In this document: positions 38,618 through 49,810 of the stretch, piece by piece | Layout: every line of letters begins with the position of its first letter | Position numbering within the stretch: the stretch's first letter is position 1 | DNA from: Eutreptiella sp. 'Long Island Sound 2002' | Lineage: Eukaryota; Protista; Euglenida | NCBI GenBank assembly: GCA_964036045.1 | Contig: OZ038379.1 | Location: 32,736,001 to 32,800,000, forward strand | DNA length: 64,000 nt | Direction: 5' to 3' | Notes under the pieces: generated by a model | What the model was told of the DNA's origin: nothing | What the model saw: only the letters and a program-made list of their open reading frames with translations | Databases searched by the model: none | Translations under genes and position numbers: made by a program

Positions 38618-39543
38618 GATTCTATTGTCCGTGAGCGAGAAGTCTCCGTGAATTTGGGGTTTAGAACTTTGGATTCTTCATAGAAAGCGCGTAGGGTCTT
38701 GATGGAGACGTCAATTCGAACCTTAGAGTTGACCGTGTTGGGTGGTTTGGTGATGCGGGCATGTTGGAAGGCTTCGAAGAGAGATGGTTCGTAGAGGTTG
38801 ACATCAAAGAATTGAATTTCATCCGTTTTGCTTTTACGGCTATCAAGCCATAAGGCCACGACGGGGAGAGATTGTTCGTTTGTTTCGACGAAGTTGGGTG
38901 TGTTGTTCCTTACCAAAGCAAATTGGTTTTTGGTCTCTTTGAAAACGTGGATCTCGGCGATGAAATCTTTTATTTGAACGAGAGAACCATTCATTGTGGG
39001 GAGATAGGACTTGGATGTGACCTCCCTATCGTAGCTCGTAGTGATGAACCATCCACGGGTTGCAGTGCTCGGTGAAGCAAAGCGGCTCTTTAAGAATTCT
39101 ACGTAGTGTTTGGAAGTTTTCACCACTGGTGGCAACCCCGTTTTGTCCATGGGAGGTGCGAGGTAGAACGCGACCTTGGGCATGTACTCGTCTTTGTGCA
39201 AGAACAAGTCGTGGGCGGGCGATAGGTAGGTGTGTTGGTTTCGTTTGTTGATATCTTTGTTGATGAAGGCGTTGGTGAAGTCGGTGCCTCTTAGATCTCA
39301 GTCAAACGGGTGTCTATTGTAGATGAATTGGCGTATGTTGGAGTGTGCAATGAAGAGTTTTGAGTCAAACATGCGAGTACCTTCTTCGTAGGTGCCGAAT
39401 TTGACGTAGTCATTTTCCGAGGACGTTTTTGGTGTAGCTAGGAGTTGAGCGGCGCCATAGGTGAGTCCTTTTGGGATTGGAAAAGGGGACGGCGGCGGGA
39501 TGGTTGGGACTTTGTTTTTTGAGCCGAGACCAAAGAACGACAT
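38581..39543 (-). pseudogene. LINE ORF0, about 320 codons, unknown function, one in-frame TGA at 39298-39300
   Basis: ORFs 39298-39858 and 38581-39207 are in the same frame. The first ATG downstream of the SL gives MSFFGLGSK at 39543. Confidence 0.65.
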
Positions 39544-39786
39544 GTTGTGCGCTGAACGATGGATGTCCGGAGTTCGGGAATGGGATGCCAAAGCGTAGGA
39601 AGTGACGGTAAACACGGAGTTTGTCCAATATAGAAATAGCAGAAATGACGGTAATTTCGAAGGAAATGACCGTGAATTCGAAAGGACTTGGAAATCGGCC
39701 CAGAACTTGAACAGCCCAGGATTTTTGTAAATCACCGAATAGCCTGGACTATTGGTGGATCCATCAAAGGAATTCTGAGGGTCAAT

Positions 39787-39812
39787 CAAAAAAAAATGGA
39801 CACTCAGAAAGT
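39787..39812 (-). other. Retroposed spliced-leader exon sequence
   Basis: Minus strand ACTTTCTGAGTGTCCATTTTTTTTTG versus the Euglena SL as I recall it, ACTTTCTGAGTGTCTATTTTTTTTCG: 24/26, both mismatches C/T. It is not followed by a GT donor, so it is not an SL RNA gene. Confidence 0.88.
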
Positions 39813-40699
39813 GATTTTGTGTGCACAACCTTGGATGTGCACCGCCTTGAGTATGCACGGCCTTGTATGTGGACTGCGCGCCTCGTCAGCGCCAGCCCCC
39901 TCCCGCTCTGTGCACCTCGTTAGCGCCGAACCGCCCCCAGCATGCCTCGTTCGCAAACCCCCCCGTCGCGCGTCTCGTTAGCGCCAACCCCCCCCCCCCC
40001 CAGCCGTGCGCCTGGTTACCGCCAAATTCCCCCCCCCATGCGCCTCGTTCGCCCCAACCCCTCCCCCCCACCCGTGCGCCTCGTTAGCGCCAAACTCTTA
40101 GGCGGCTCTAAGTGAGTGGTCGGCCGAAACCCAAGTGAAAAATCACGGTTTTGAAAAGGGCCTTGTGGGGCATTGCATTTTGAAATGGTGGCTAAAACCC
40201 CTGCTTGGGGGAAGAATGTATTTTCAGACCTACGGGTCACAGCAAAATTTTACTATTCCACATCCACGCTTCACAGTGCAGTGAGGAAAACCCACCGTTG
40301 AACGCCCCCCCTCAGTGACATACCTGTGTGGTGTTTACAAACCACCATTCTGTATTGACGGCTTTATGATCAATGAAACCATCATCTATTGTGGAGCGCC
40401 TGTTTGGCACCACTCCAAACACTGGTGGTGTGTGGTTGCTTAGCAACCTATTAATCACCTAGAAATGAAAAATGCAGGGTACCGAGCAAACATAGGCAAG
40501 CAGTGGACAGTGCATAGTACGCTCATATAGGTAGGTATGCTCAAGCAGTTTTGTATTGGTGAACAGATAGGGTGCGGTAACAAAGACAATGAACTTTGTC
40601 AATGAGTACATATTGATGAACACGTAGTCAAACCTCACACTTGTTTGTACTTACTGAGAAATAACATGTAGCATTGTAAAAATGCAAATTCGCTCAACA

Positions 40700-43600
40700 G
40701 CGCTCTGCAGAGCGTTCTTCAATTCAAATCTTAAAAAAAAAGCATACCATGTGGCAAAGCACTGCCTGTTGGAACACTGGGGGCAAAACATCCAAACTAT
40801 TAGAAACAGACGACTGCAGCACCCATTGCTTCATCTTACTGGCCACCTTGGGTCTAGGCTTGGCGGTTGTTGCACCCTTCACCCTGTTCTGGAACGCATG
40901 TAGGCTCCCCGGAGGTTTGAAGGGCTTGTTACCACCACCAGTGCTGGAACTGGAGCGGTCATCCCGCTCATCCCTGGCATGTTGCTCTTGGCTCTGTCTT
41001 TTCCGTTTTGCTAGTGTGGTTTTGTCTCAAGAACACAGCATGCACAACAGCAAATGCGTCACAGCTTTCCGACTGCTAAAACTTCAGTTTGAGTGTGTCA
41101 AAATTCAGTTCTCTTCTGAGGCTCCAAGCAGTCGTTGTCATCCTCACCAATTTCACCCAGATCGTCATCACTGTCGTCACATTTCACTTTCTCCACTCCA
41201 ACCGGCATCCCATTGACAATATCCTTCATCCATCTAGCCCCGCCAATGATGTACAAGGTATCCAGCTCCTGAATTGTCTCCCGGCTGTCAAAGATGAATT
41301 GCTGCAGACCATAAATCTCTCCAGTGTATTCCAGACCCATGTTGACATTCATAACAACTCCTTAACAGAGCTGGGCAGGCAACTGATGGTATGGGGTGTA
41401 GCAGAGAGTCCAAGGCTCCTCGCCAGGGGCCCACTATGGCATTGGCACAATACCAAGCACTTGCAACAACCATCCAGCAATACCAATAGTGATTTGAGAT
41501 GCGCACGACCCCTGATCAATATTAGTGTAGTTTGGGACCTTCACAGCCAATTTGTTTGGTGTGCTTATCAATGCTAGTCGTTTTGAGTATCAATGCACAC
41601 TGTGGCTGGTTGATCAATCATATATCCAGACTTGCATCCACTGCGATCCCTGGGTTGCGTCGAGGTCCTTCAGCAAGTGACCAATGTGTTTCACGTCCAC
41701 AGGCTTGCCGGCAATGCAAATAGGTGTGTCTTTCATGAGCAACCTGCCAATTAGGGGATGAAAGTCCGCTGTACCACTTGGTCCCAGTTCCCAAAGAATC
41801 TACAATCAAAACACACTAAGACAAACCCATTTTAATCGAATACGGAGGAAAAACGCTCTGCAGAGCGTCTCGAGGACGAAACCGACTATTGACTACACAA
41901 TTGACAAGGAATGGTACACACCGCTGCGTAAGGTCTTGCTGCAAAGGTAGCTGGCACACCACGACCTTGAATGATTGGTGCAATAAGGATTTGTGTCCCT
42001 GTATCATCGTCGTCCTCATTGGTAGCCTCAATTCCCGTGTTCCGGAGGACAACGACCTTGTCGTCAGTGAGCTCTATGTCAACTGTTGGCACAGGCTTCG
42101 ACAAGGCAGTCTTGACAGCCTTCCACTCCTCTGCACTCCACAAGGGGCATTTCTGCATTGCATCCCACGGCGGGTAGGAGGTAGGCTGTGACCAGCGCCA
42201 GCGGCCTGTGTTCATCTTCGCCACAGTGGCACTCCTCAGCATTTTTCGGATACACAACATCTCAGATTCATTTTCTACATGGAAAATGTTACAGAAAATG
42301 AGGACTGTTACTGCAATACCACCAGAACGAACAAATCAGCACAGAGGCATACTTCTGGTCACATGTACGGTAGTGTTCTCCGGATGCATCCACATAATCT
42401 CCCACGCCCTGTCCTTCTTCAGTCCACGGCACATTTTTGCCAGTCCACTCACTTTTACCTTGTACGACGTTAGAAATGACATGACCTTCAAATATTGGTC
42501 CGGTTGCAGCCCTAAGCATGGTCTCAGAGTAGTGTAGGTGATCACTAGAGGGGCAAAATGGTAGAACAATGCCAGTTATGAAGCACAACTTGTGCGGAAC
42601 GCTCTGCAAAGCGTTTTGCCGATAGAAGACGGTTTTCAAGGTGACATTTAATAGCACAACAGGCCGAGAACGCTCTAAAAAAAAAAAGAGAGCGTTCTTT
42701 GTCCAAACGTGGTTGGGAACCATTGCTGCATACCTTCAATCCCCGCTTATCTCTCAAGTCCGCGGGTGCCCCGCTGAGCTCGTTTCACTGATCTCGTTCC
42801 TCGTTGCCACCACGCCTTCGACCAGAGGTTTCCATGACTTGAATACTGCGTTTTGCAAAGCAACAGGTAATAACAGTACATTGGAAAAGCAAGTAACATG
42901 CAGTGGATCGCAAAAACATCAGTGCATACTGAACAGGCCGACTTATCCAGCTTTCCAGCTTTTCATAAGGCCAGAAGAAGGGCTTTTGTCTCCTGCACGT
43001 TGCTAGACGCATTAAGCTCATCCCATATCCGGTTTCCACTTTCTAACAGTTGCAGCAAAGAACAGCGGTGTTGCATTGCATTGTGGTCCCTTGCGATCTG
43101 CTGCCTAATGGATAGCTTAGTGTCCTCTTTCATCATGTCGCATTGCACGTGGGATAGCAATACTGGTAACGCCTTGCCGGCCTAGAGGTACTCCGGTTGC
43201 AATTTTTTGAAGACCCGTACACATGTGCTGCGCACCAAGGACCCGGACCGCACCACCGACATGGCAAGAGTGATAGAATTGGTGCCAATGAAGCAAGATG
43301 AGAGTGCTGCAGGGTTTGGAACGCGGTACTATTATTACACATGCTGGCAGCGAGAAATTGCTCCGAAACGCTCTGCAGAGCGTTTTGTTGACGAAGCTGC
43401 ATCTATTAACCCCTATTAAGCACAAAATGGAATTGGAACGCTCTGCAGAGAGTTGTTGGTGCGGAAGTGGTTCATGTACCTTCATCTTGCCAGGCCAGAA
43501 TGGTAATCAACTTCAACGGGGGATTCTGCTTCAAAGGTGCCAGCCGCTTCGCCACCTCGTTGCCATCACCCTTCCTCGTCTGCCCATGTTGAAGGTGCAC

Positions 43601-43830
43601 ATCGAATTGTAGTTGTGCGATCCGCACTCTGACCGACCCGCGCTCCATGTACTTTTTGAGATCCTGTCCAACACGCTGCTTCAATGGCTTGCCCATTGGC
43701 ACTGCTGCTGGCTTCGGTCCGGCTAATGCTTGGCTAAGTGACATCTCAGCATTGTTTGGTTACGTTGCGTCGTCTGCTGTGGGCACCAGGTTGGCTGTCT
43801 GGCTTGCCATGGCAAAAGGAACGACTTGAA
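40700..43830 (-). pseudogene. Decayed multi-exon gene of unknown family, with palindromes in putative introns
   Basis: Protein-like pieces 43472-43744, 42963-43160, 42336-42569, 41886-42260 and 41098-41352. Plausible GT-AG introns 43479-43344 and 42733-42545. Confidence 0.4.
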
Positions 43831-44911
43831 CAATCCAAGCAGGGGCAATAGGGGGACGAGGAACCGGCAAAACTCAACAAGGCAGTGGTTCGACAGGCAT
43901 GGTGCTTATATTTTCCCACCTCCCCCCAAAAAGGGGGGGGGGGCTGATGCAGGCTGGTCTATTCATCATCTAAAGAAATGACATCTGCCCCCCCTCCAAA
44001 ACCAACACAGACGGCACAGATGGATCAATGGACACGGCAACTACAACAGGGGGTGCCTCAACATCGGAGGTTGCATCATCACCCTCGCATACGTGAGGAA
44101 TTCCTACAAGCTCATCTAGAAGGTCCGCAAAATTGTGTGCAGGAGGGGGAGGGGGGGCAAGTCGCGTGCAAGTGCATCCACGAGTGCGCTCTCAGGGCGG
44201 ATAGCCTCTGGCATGGCCATGTTCGTACCAACATAGCGTTGTGGTTGGCGTTGGCTCAAGATGGTGTCACCTGCGGTGCTATGGCCAGCCTGCTGTGCCA
44301 TCGACCGATGGGGGATGTGCTGTTGCAGTGCATCCATGCAGTCATGTGATATAGCAACATGTTTGACAAGGGTTTGCAATGTCCGTTGCAACAAGGCTTG
44401 CAAATGATCAATCGACATGTCATGGTACAAACTAATAGGAAACTGGGGGACTTTAGGCCAATCATCCATAACCTTAATAATCTTCATCTTTGACTTCCAC
44501 AACACTGGGGATACTAAGCAGTATGGGCCATGGCGTCGTGGGTGCGTTGGGGTTGCAGGCCCAGCACGTGCGGGGCGCCTGCCAGGATTGTGTATAAAGT
44601 CTGATGTCTGATGTCTGATAAGGGATGTTGTGTGTGCGGTCTGTCCAAGAAGATGTCTGATATTCTTATCTACTGGAGGTGGGTCTAGGGGTCCAATGCC
44701 TAGAGGAAATTGGGAGAAATTATGCCTAAATCTAAATCAACCCCCCCCCCCCCAAATGAAAAAAACAAAAAGGGAGGACACAATTGAAAAATCATTGGGG
44801 AACCACCTTCGACAATCAGAAACATGGCAGTACAGCAGCAAAAAAGACTTTGAACACCAAAATGGGAAAATGGGGAAAATTTGTGAGCAGGGAAAGGGGC
44901 AAAAAAAAAAA

Positions 44912-47184
44912 GGTGCCCATAGGCCCCCATAGGCCCCCATAGGCCCCCAAAGGTGCCCATAGGTCCCCTAAGGTGCCAATAGGTCCCCATAGGCCCGCAT
45001 AGGCCCGCATAGGCCCGCATAGGCCCCCAAAGGTGCCCAATGGGTCCCCAAAGGTGCCCATAGGTCCCCAAAGGTCCCCCTAGATGCCAATGAGTCCCCA
45101 TCGGCCCCCATAGGTCCCCATACGTCCCCAAAGGTGCCCATAGGTCCCCACAGGCCCCCATAGGCCTCCACAAGCCCCCATAGGTCCCCATAGGACCCCA
45201 TAGGCCCCCATAGGCCCCCAAAGGTGCCCATAGGCCCCCATAGGCCCCAAAAGGTCCCCATAGACCCCCAAAGGTCCCCATAGGCCCCCATAGGCCGCCA
45301 TAGGCCGCCATAGGCCCCCATAGGTCCCCATAGGTCCCCCTAGATGCCGATGAGTCCCCATCGGCTGCCATCCCCATAGGTCCCCAAAGGTTCCCAAAGG
45401 TGCCCAAAGGTCCCCATAGGCCCCCATAGGTCCGCATAGACCCCCATGGGTCCCCAAAGGTGCCCAAAGGTCCCCACAAGTCCCCAAACGTCCCCGTAGA
45501 CCCCCATAGGCCCCCATAGGTCCCCATAGACCCCCATAGGTCCCCATAGATGCCAATGAGTGCCCAAAAATCCCCAAAGGTCCCCAAAGGTCCCCATAGG
45601 CCCCCGTACGTCCCCAAAGGTGCCCAAAGGTCCCCAAAGGTCCCCATAGGCCCTCATAGGCCCCCATAGGCCCCCATAGGCCCCCATAGGCCCCCAAAGG
45701 TCCCCATAGGCCCCCATAGGTCCCCACAAGCCCCCATAGGCCGCCATAGGCCCCCATAGGCCCCCATAGGTCCCCCTAGATGCCAATGAGTCCCCATCGG
45801 CCCCCACCCCCATAGGTGCCCATAGGTCCCCAAAGGTGCCCATAGGTCCCCAAAGGTGCCCAAAGGTCCTCATAGGCCCCCAAAGGTCCCCGTAGACCCC
45901 CATAGGCCCCCATAGGTCCCCGTAGGTCCCCATAGACCCCCATAGGTCCCCATAGGCCCCCATAGGTCCCCATAGGCCCCCATAGGCCCCCATAGGCCCC
46001 CAAAAGTCCCCATAGGCCCCCATAGGTCCCCACAAGCCCCCATAGGTCCCCATAGGTCCCCATAGGTCCCCATAGGCCCCCATAGGCCCCCATAGACGCC
46101 CATAGGCCCCCATAGGCCCCCATAGGCCGCCATAGGTCCCCCTAGATGCCAATGAGTCCCCATTGGCCCCCATCCCCATAGGTCCCCATAGGCCCCCGTA
46201 GGTCCCCAAAGGTGCCCGTAGGTCCCCAAAGGTCCCCAGAGGCCACCATAGGCCCCCATAGGCCCCCAAAGGTCCCCATAGGTCCCCACAAGCCCCCATA
46301 GATCCCCATAGGTCCCCATAGACCCCCATAGGCCCCCATAGGTACCCACAAGCCCCCAAAGGTCCCCATAGGTCCCCATAGGCCCCCATAGGTCCCTATA
46401 GACCCCCATAGGCCCCCATAGGCCCCCATAGGCCGCCATAGGCCCCCATAGGTCCCCAAAGGTGCCCATAGGTCCCCATAGGTCCCCATCGGCCCCCATC
46501 CCCATAGGTCCCCAAAGGTGCCCACAGGTCCCCAAAGGTGCCCAAAGGTCCCCATAGGCCCCCATAGACCCCCATAGGCCCCCATAGGCCCCCATAGGTC
46601 CCCATAGGTCCACATAGACCCCCATAGGTCCCCAAAGGTGCCCATAGGTCCCCATAGGTCCCCACAAGCCCCCAAAGGTCCCCATAGGTCCACACAGGCC
46701 CCCATAGGTCCCCAAAGACCCCCATAGGCCCCCATAGACCCCCATAGGCCCCCATAGGTCCCCACAAGCCCCGCATAGGCCCCCATAGGTCCCCACAAGC
46801 CCCCAAAAGTCCCCATAGGTCCCCGTAGGCCCCCATAGGTCCCGGTGGACCCCTGTAGACCCCCATAGACCCCCATAGGCCCCCATAGACCCCCATAGAC
46901 CCCCATAGGCCCCCATAGGCCCCCATAGGTCCCCATAGGCCCCCATAGACCCCCATAGGCCCCCATAGGCCCCCATAGGCCGCCATAGACCCCCATAGGC
47001 CCCCAAAGGTCCCCATAGGCCCCCATAGACCCCCATAGGGCCCCATAGGCCCCCATAGGCCCCCATAGGTCCCGGTGGACCCCCATAGACCCCCATAGAC
47101 CCCCATAGGCCCCCATTGACCCCCATAGGCCCCCATAGACCCCCATAGGCCCCCATAGGCCCCCATAGGCCCCCATAGGCCCCC
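44912..47184. repeat. 10-bp satellite (CCCCCATAGG and variants), about 2.3 kb, with recurring marker units
   Basis: Direct reading. The marker tagatgcc(a/g)atgagt occurs at about 45081, 45341, 45548, 45778 and 46142. Confidence 0.95.
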
Positions 47185-48935
47185 AATATTTAGGGGGTCT
47201 ACACCCCCCAAATATTTGACGGATGTATGTCCATCAAATATTTTGGGGGTGTAGACCCCCCCAGATAACTGACGCATGGGCATGCGTCAAATATTTGACG
47301 GACATGCATCGGTCAAATATTTTGGGGGTGTAGACCCCCCAAATATTTGACGGATGCATGTCCGTCATATATTTTGGGGGTGTAGACCCCCCAAATATTT
47401 GACGGATGTATGTCCGTCAAATATTTTGGGGGTGTACACCCCCCAGATAACTGACGCATGGGCATGCGTCAAATATTTGACGGACATGCATCCGTCAAAT
47501 ATTTAGGGGGTGTAGACCCCCCAAATGTTTGACGGATGTATGTCCGTCCAAAATTTTGGGGGTGTAGACCCCCCAAATATTTGACGGACATGCATCCGTC
47601 AAATATTTCGGAGATGTAGACCCCCGAAATATTTGACGAATGTATGTCCGTCAAATATTTTGGGGGTGTAGACCCCCCAGACAACTGACGCATGCGCATG
47701 CGTCAAATATTTGACGGACATGCATCCGTCAAATATTTAGGGGCTGTAGACCCCCAAAATATTTGACGGATGGGGTTCCGTCAAATATTTGGGGGCTGTA
47801 GACCCCCAAAATATTTGACGGATGGGGTTCCGTCAAATATTTGGGGGGTCTACACCCCCAAAATATTTCACGGATGTGGTTCCGTCAAATATTTGGGGGC
47901 TGTAGACCCCCAAAATATTTGACGGATGGGGTTCCGTCAAATATTTGGGGGGTCTACACCCCCAAAATATTTCACGGATGGGGTTCCGTCAAATATTTGG
48001 GGGCTGTAGACCCCCAAAATATTTGACGGATGGGGTTCCGTCAAATATTTGGGGGGTCTACACCCCCAAAATATTTGACGGATGGGGTTCCGTCAAATAT
48101 TTCGGGGGTCTACACCCCCAAATATTTGACGGATGGGGTTCCGTCAAATATTTGGGGGGTCTACACCCCCAAAATATTTGACGGATGGGGTTCCGTCAAA
48201 TATTTGGGGGGTCTACAACCCCCAAATATTTGACGGATGGGGTTCCGTCAAATATTTGGGGGCTGTACGGCCCCCAAATATATTTCACGGATGGGGTTCC
48301 GTCAAATATTTGGGGGCTGTACACCCCGAAAATATTTGACGGATGGGGTTCCGTCAAATATTTGGGGGGTCTACACCCCCAAAATATTTGACCGATGTGG
48401 TTCCGTCAAATATTTGGGGGGTCTACACCCCCAAAATATTTCACGGATGGGGTTCCGTCAAATATTTGGGGGGTCTACACCCCCAAATTATTTCACGGAT
48501 GTGGTTCCGTCAAATATTTGGGGCCTGTAGACCCCCAAAATATTTGACGGATGGGGTTCCGTCAAATATTTGGGGCGTCTACACCCCCAAAATATTTGAC
48601 GGATGTGGTTCCGTCAAATATTTGGGGGGTCTACACCCCCAAATTATTTCACGGATGGGGTTCCGTCAAATATTTGGGGGGTCTACACCCCCAAAATATT
48701 TGACGGATGGGGTTCCGTCAAATATTTGGGGGCTGTAGACCCCCAAAATTTTTGACGGATGGGGTTCCGTCAAATATTTGGGGGGTCTACACCCCCAAAA
48801 TATTTCACGGATGTATGTCTGTCAAATATTTGACGCATGCCCATGCGTCAGTTACCTGGGGGGTGTAGACCCCCAAAAATATTTGACGGATGTATGTCCG
48901 TCAAATATTTGGGGGGTCTACACCCCCAAAATATT
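47185..48935. repeat. Foldback-like element built from 52-bp double-hairpin units
   Basis: Unit aaatatttgacggatggggttccgtcaaatatttggggggtctacaccccca. The first and last about 150 bp are inverted copies, including gacgcatgggcatgcgtc. Confidence 0.9.
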
Positions 48936-48942
48936 ATCGTAC

Positions 48943-49491
48943 AGACACCGCAGGTAGGCCCTGCTGCTGTCTCTCAAGAGCCAGTGCATCCAGACATCCG
49001 TTTGCTGCTGCATAGTTCGCCTGCCCTGCACTCCCAAACCCACTGGCGATCGATGAACACAATACGAAGAAATCCAGCTCCATGCCGGCAGTGCACTCAT
49101 GGAGGTTGCGCGCCCCGTGCACCTTGGGTCGGTACACAGGCTCAAAGGCCTCCACGCTCAATTCACTGAGCGTTTGGTCTGCAAGCACACCAGCAGCATG
49201 CACTATGCCTCTCGTATTCGCATACGTCTGCAGTACTGCCTGCACTTGACTCAGGTCGCCCACGTCACACTTCACCACCGCTGGCCGCACTGCACCCTCC
49301 CAATCACTGGGCAGCTCACACCTACTGGACGACAGCAGCACTACACTCCGCGCCCCGTGTTCAATCAGACCCTTGGCAACCAACTGCCCAACATACCCAA
49401 GGCCACCAGTAATCAGATAGGTGGCCTCACGGCACAACAGCATCGGTTGCGTCACCACCACTTTGCCGATGTGTTGGGCCTCTCGCATGTA
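48943..49491 (-). CDS. Isolated exon of a type I polyketide/fatty acid synthase: end of enoylreductase plus ketoreductase domain
   Basis: YMREAQHIGKVVV, TYLITGGLGYVG, VKCDVGD, GIVHAAGVLAD, RPKVHGARNLH, LDFFVLCSS, GQANYAAANGCLDALA. Acceptor ccag| at 49492. Possible donor |gtacga at 48942. Confidence 0.88.
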
Positions 49492-49619
49492 CTGGATTTT
49501 TTTTGGGGTTCGGACCTTGGTAAGCTGGCGGGAAAGCACTCTACTAGAAAAAAAAAACCTGAAAAAGAAAAACAGGCATACCCTCCCTAACCTCAACCAC
49601 ACAAGCAGGGAAATGACAG

Positions 49620-49810
49620 GGTGGGAGGGAGGGAGGGAGGGGAGGGAGGGAGGGAGGGAGGGAGGGAGGCTCTCTTGGGCGGCCGTAGGGGCTGTGTTGT
49701 GCTGTGTTGTGCTGTAATATGCTGTGCTATGCTGTATGTTGTGCTGTGCTGTGGTGTGCTGTGATGTGCTGTGATGTGCTGTGCTGTGCCGTGCTGTGCT
49801 GTGCCGTGCT
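49620..49810. repeat. Microsatellites (GGGA)n and (GTGCT)n
   Basis: Direct reading. Confidence 0.9.

Larger units (their letters stand above)
30473..39815 (-). mobile_element. Full-length non-LTR retrotransposon (APE-RT-RNase H) with 5' spliced leader and AlkB domain; 15-bp TSD
   Basis: TSD tttgtgtgcacaacc at 30458-30472 and 39816-39830 (the cacaacc variant is seen only at these junctions in the host array). Ordered ORF0, ORF1 and ORF2 with all core motifs. Carries a few nonsense mutations and homopolymer frameshifts. Confidence 0.92.

Noticed and set aside
39787-39812. SL RNA gene
   Set aside because: No GT donor or SL intron follows, and the sequence lies inside a TSD-bounded retroelement.
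44700-47283. Long minus-strand ORFs (up to 438 aa) of GAYGGLWGPM repeats
   Set aside because: These are translations of a 10-bp satellite whose composition yields few stops; all three frames give the same peptide.
47841-48738. MGFRQIFGG repeat ORFs
   Set aside because: Translation of the 52-bp hairpin unit.
47185-48935. CRISPR array
   Set aside because: There are no unique spacers, no cas genes were seen, and the context is eukaryotic.
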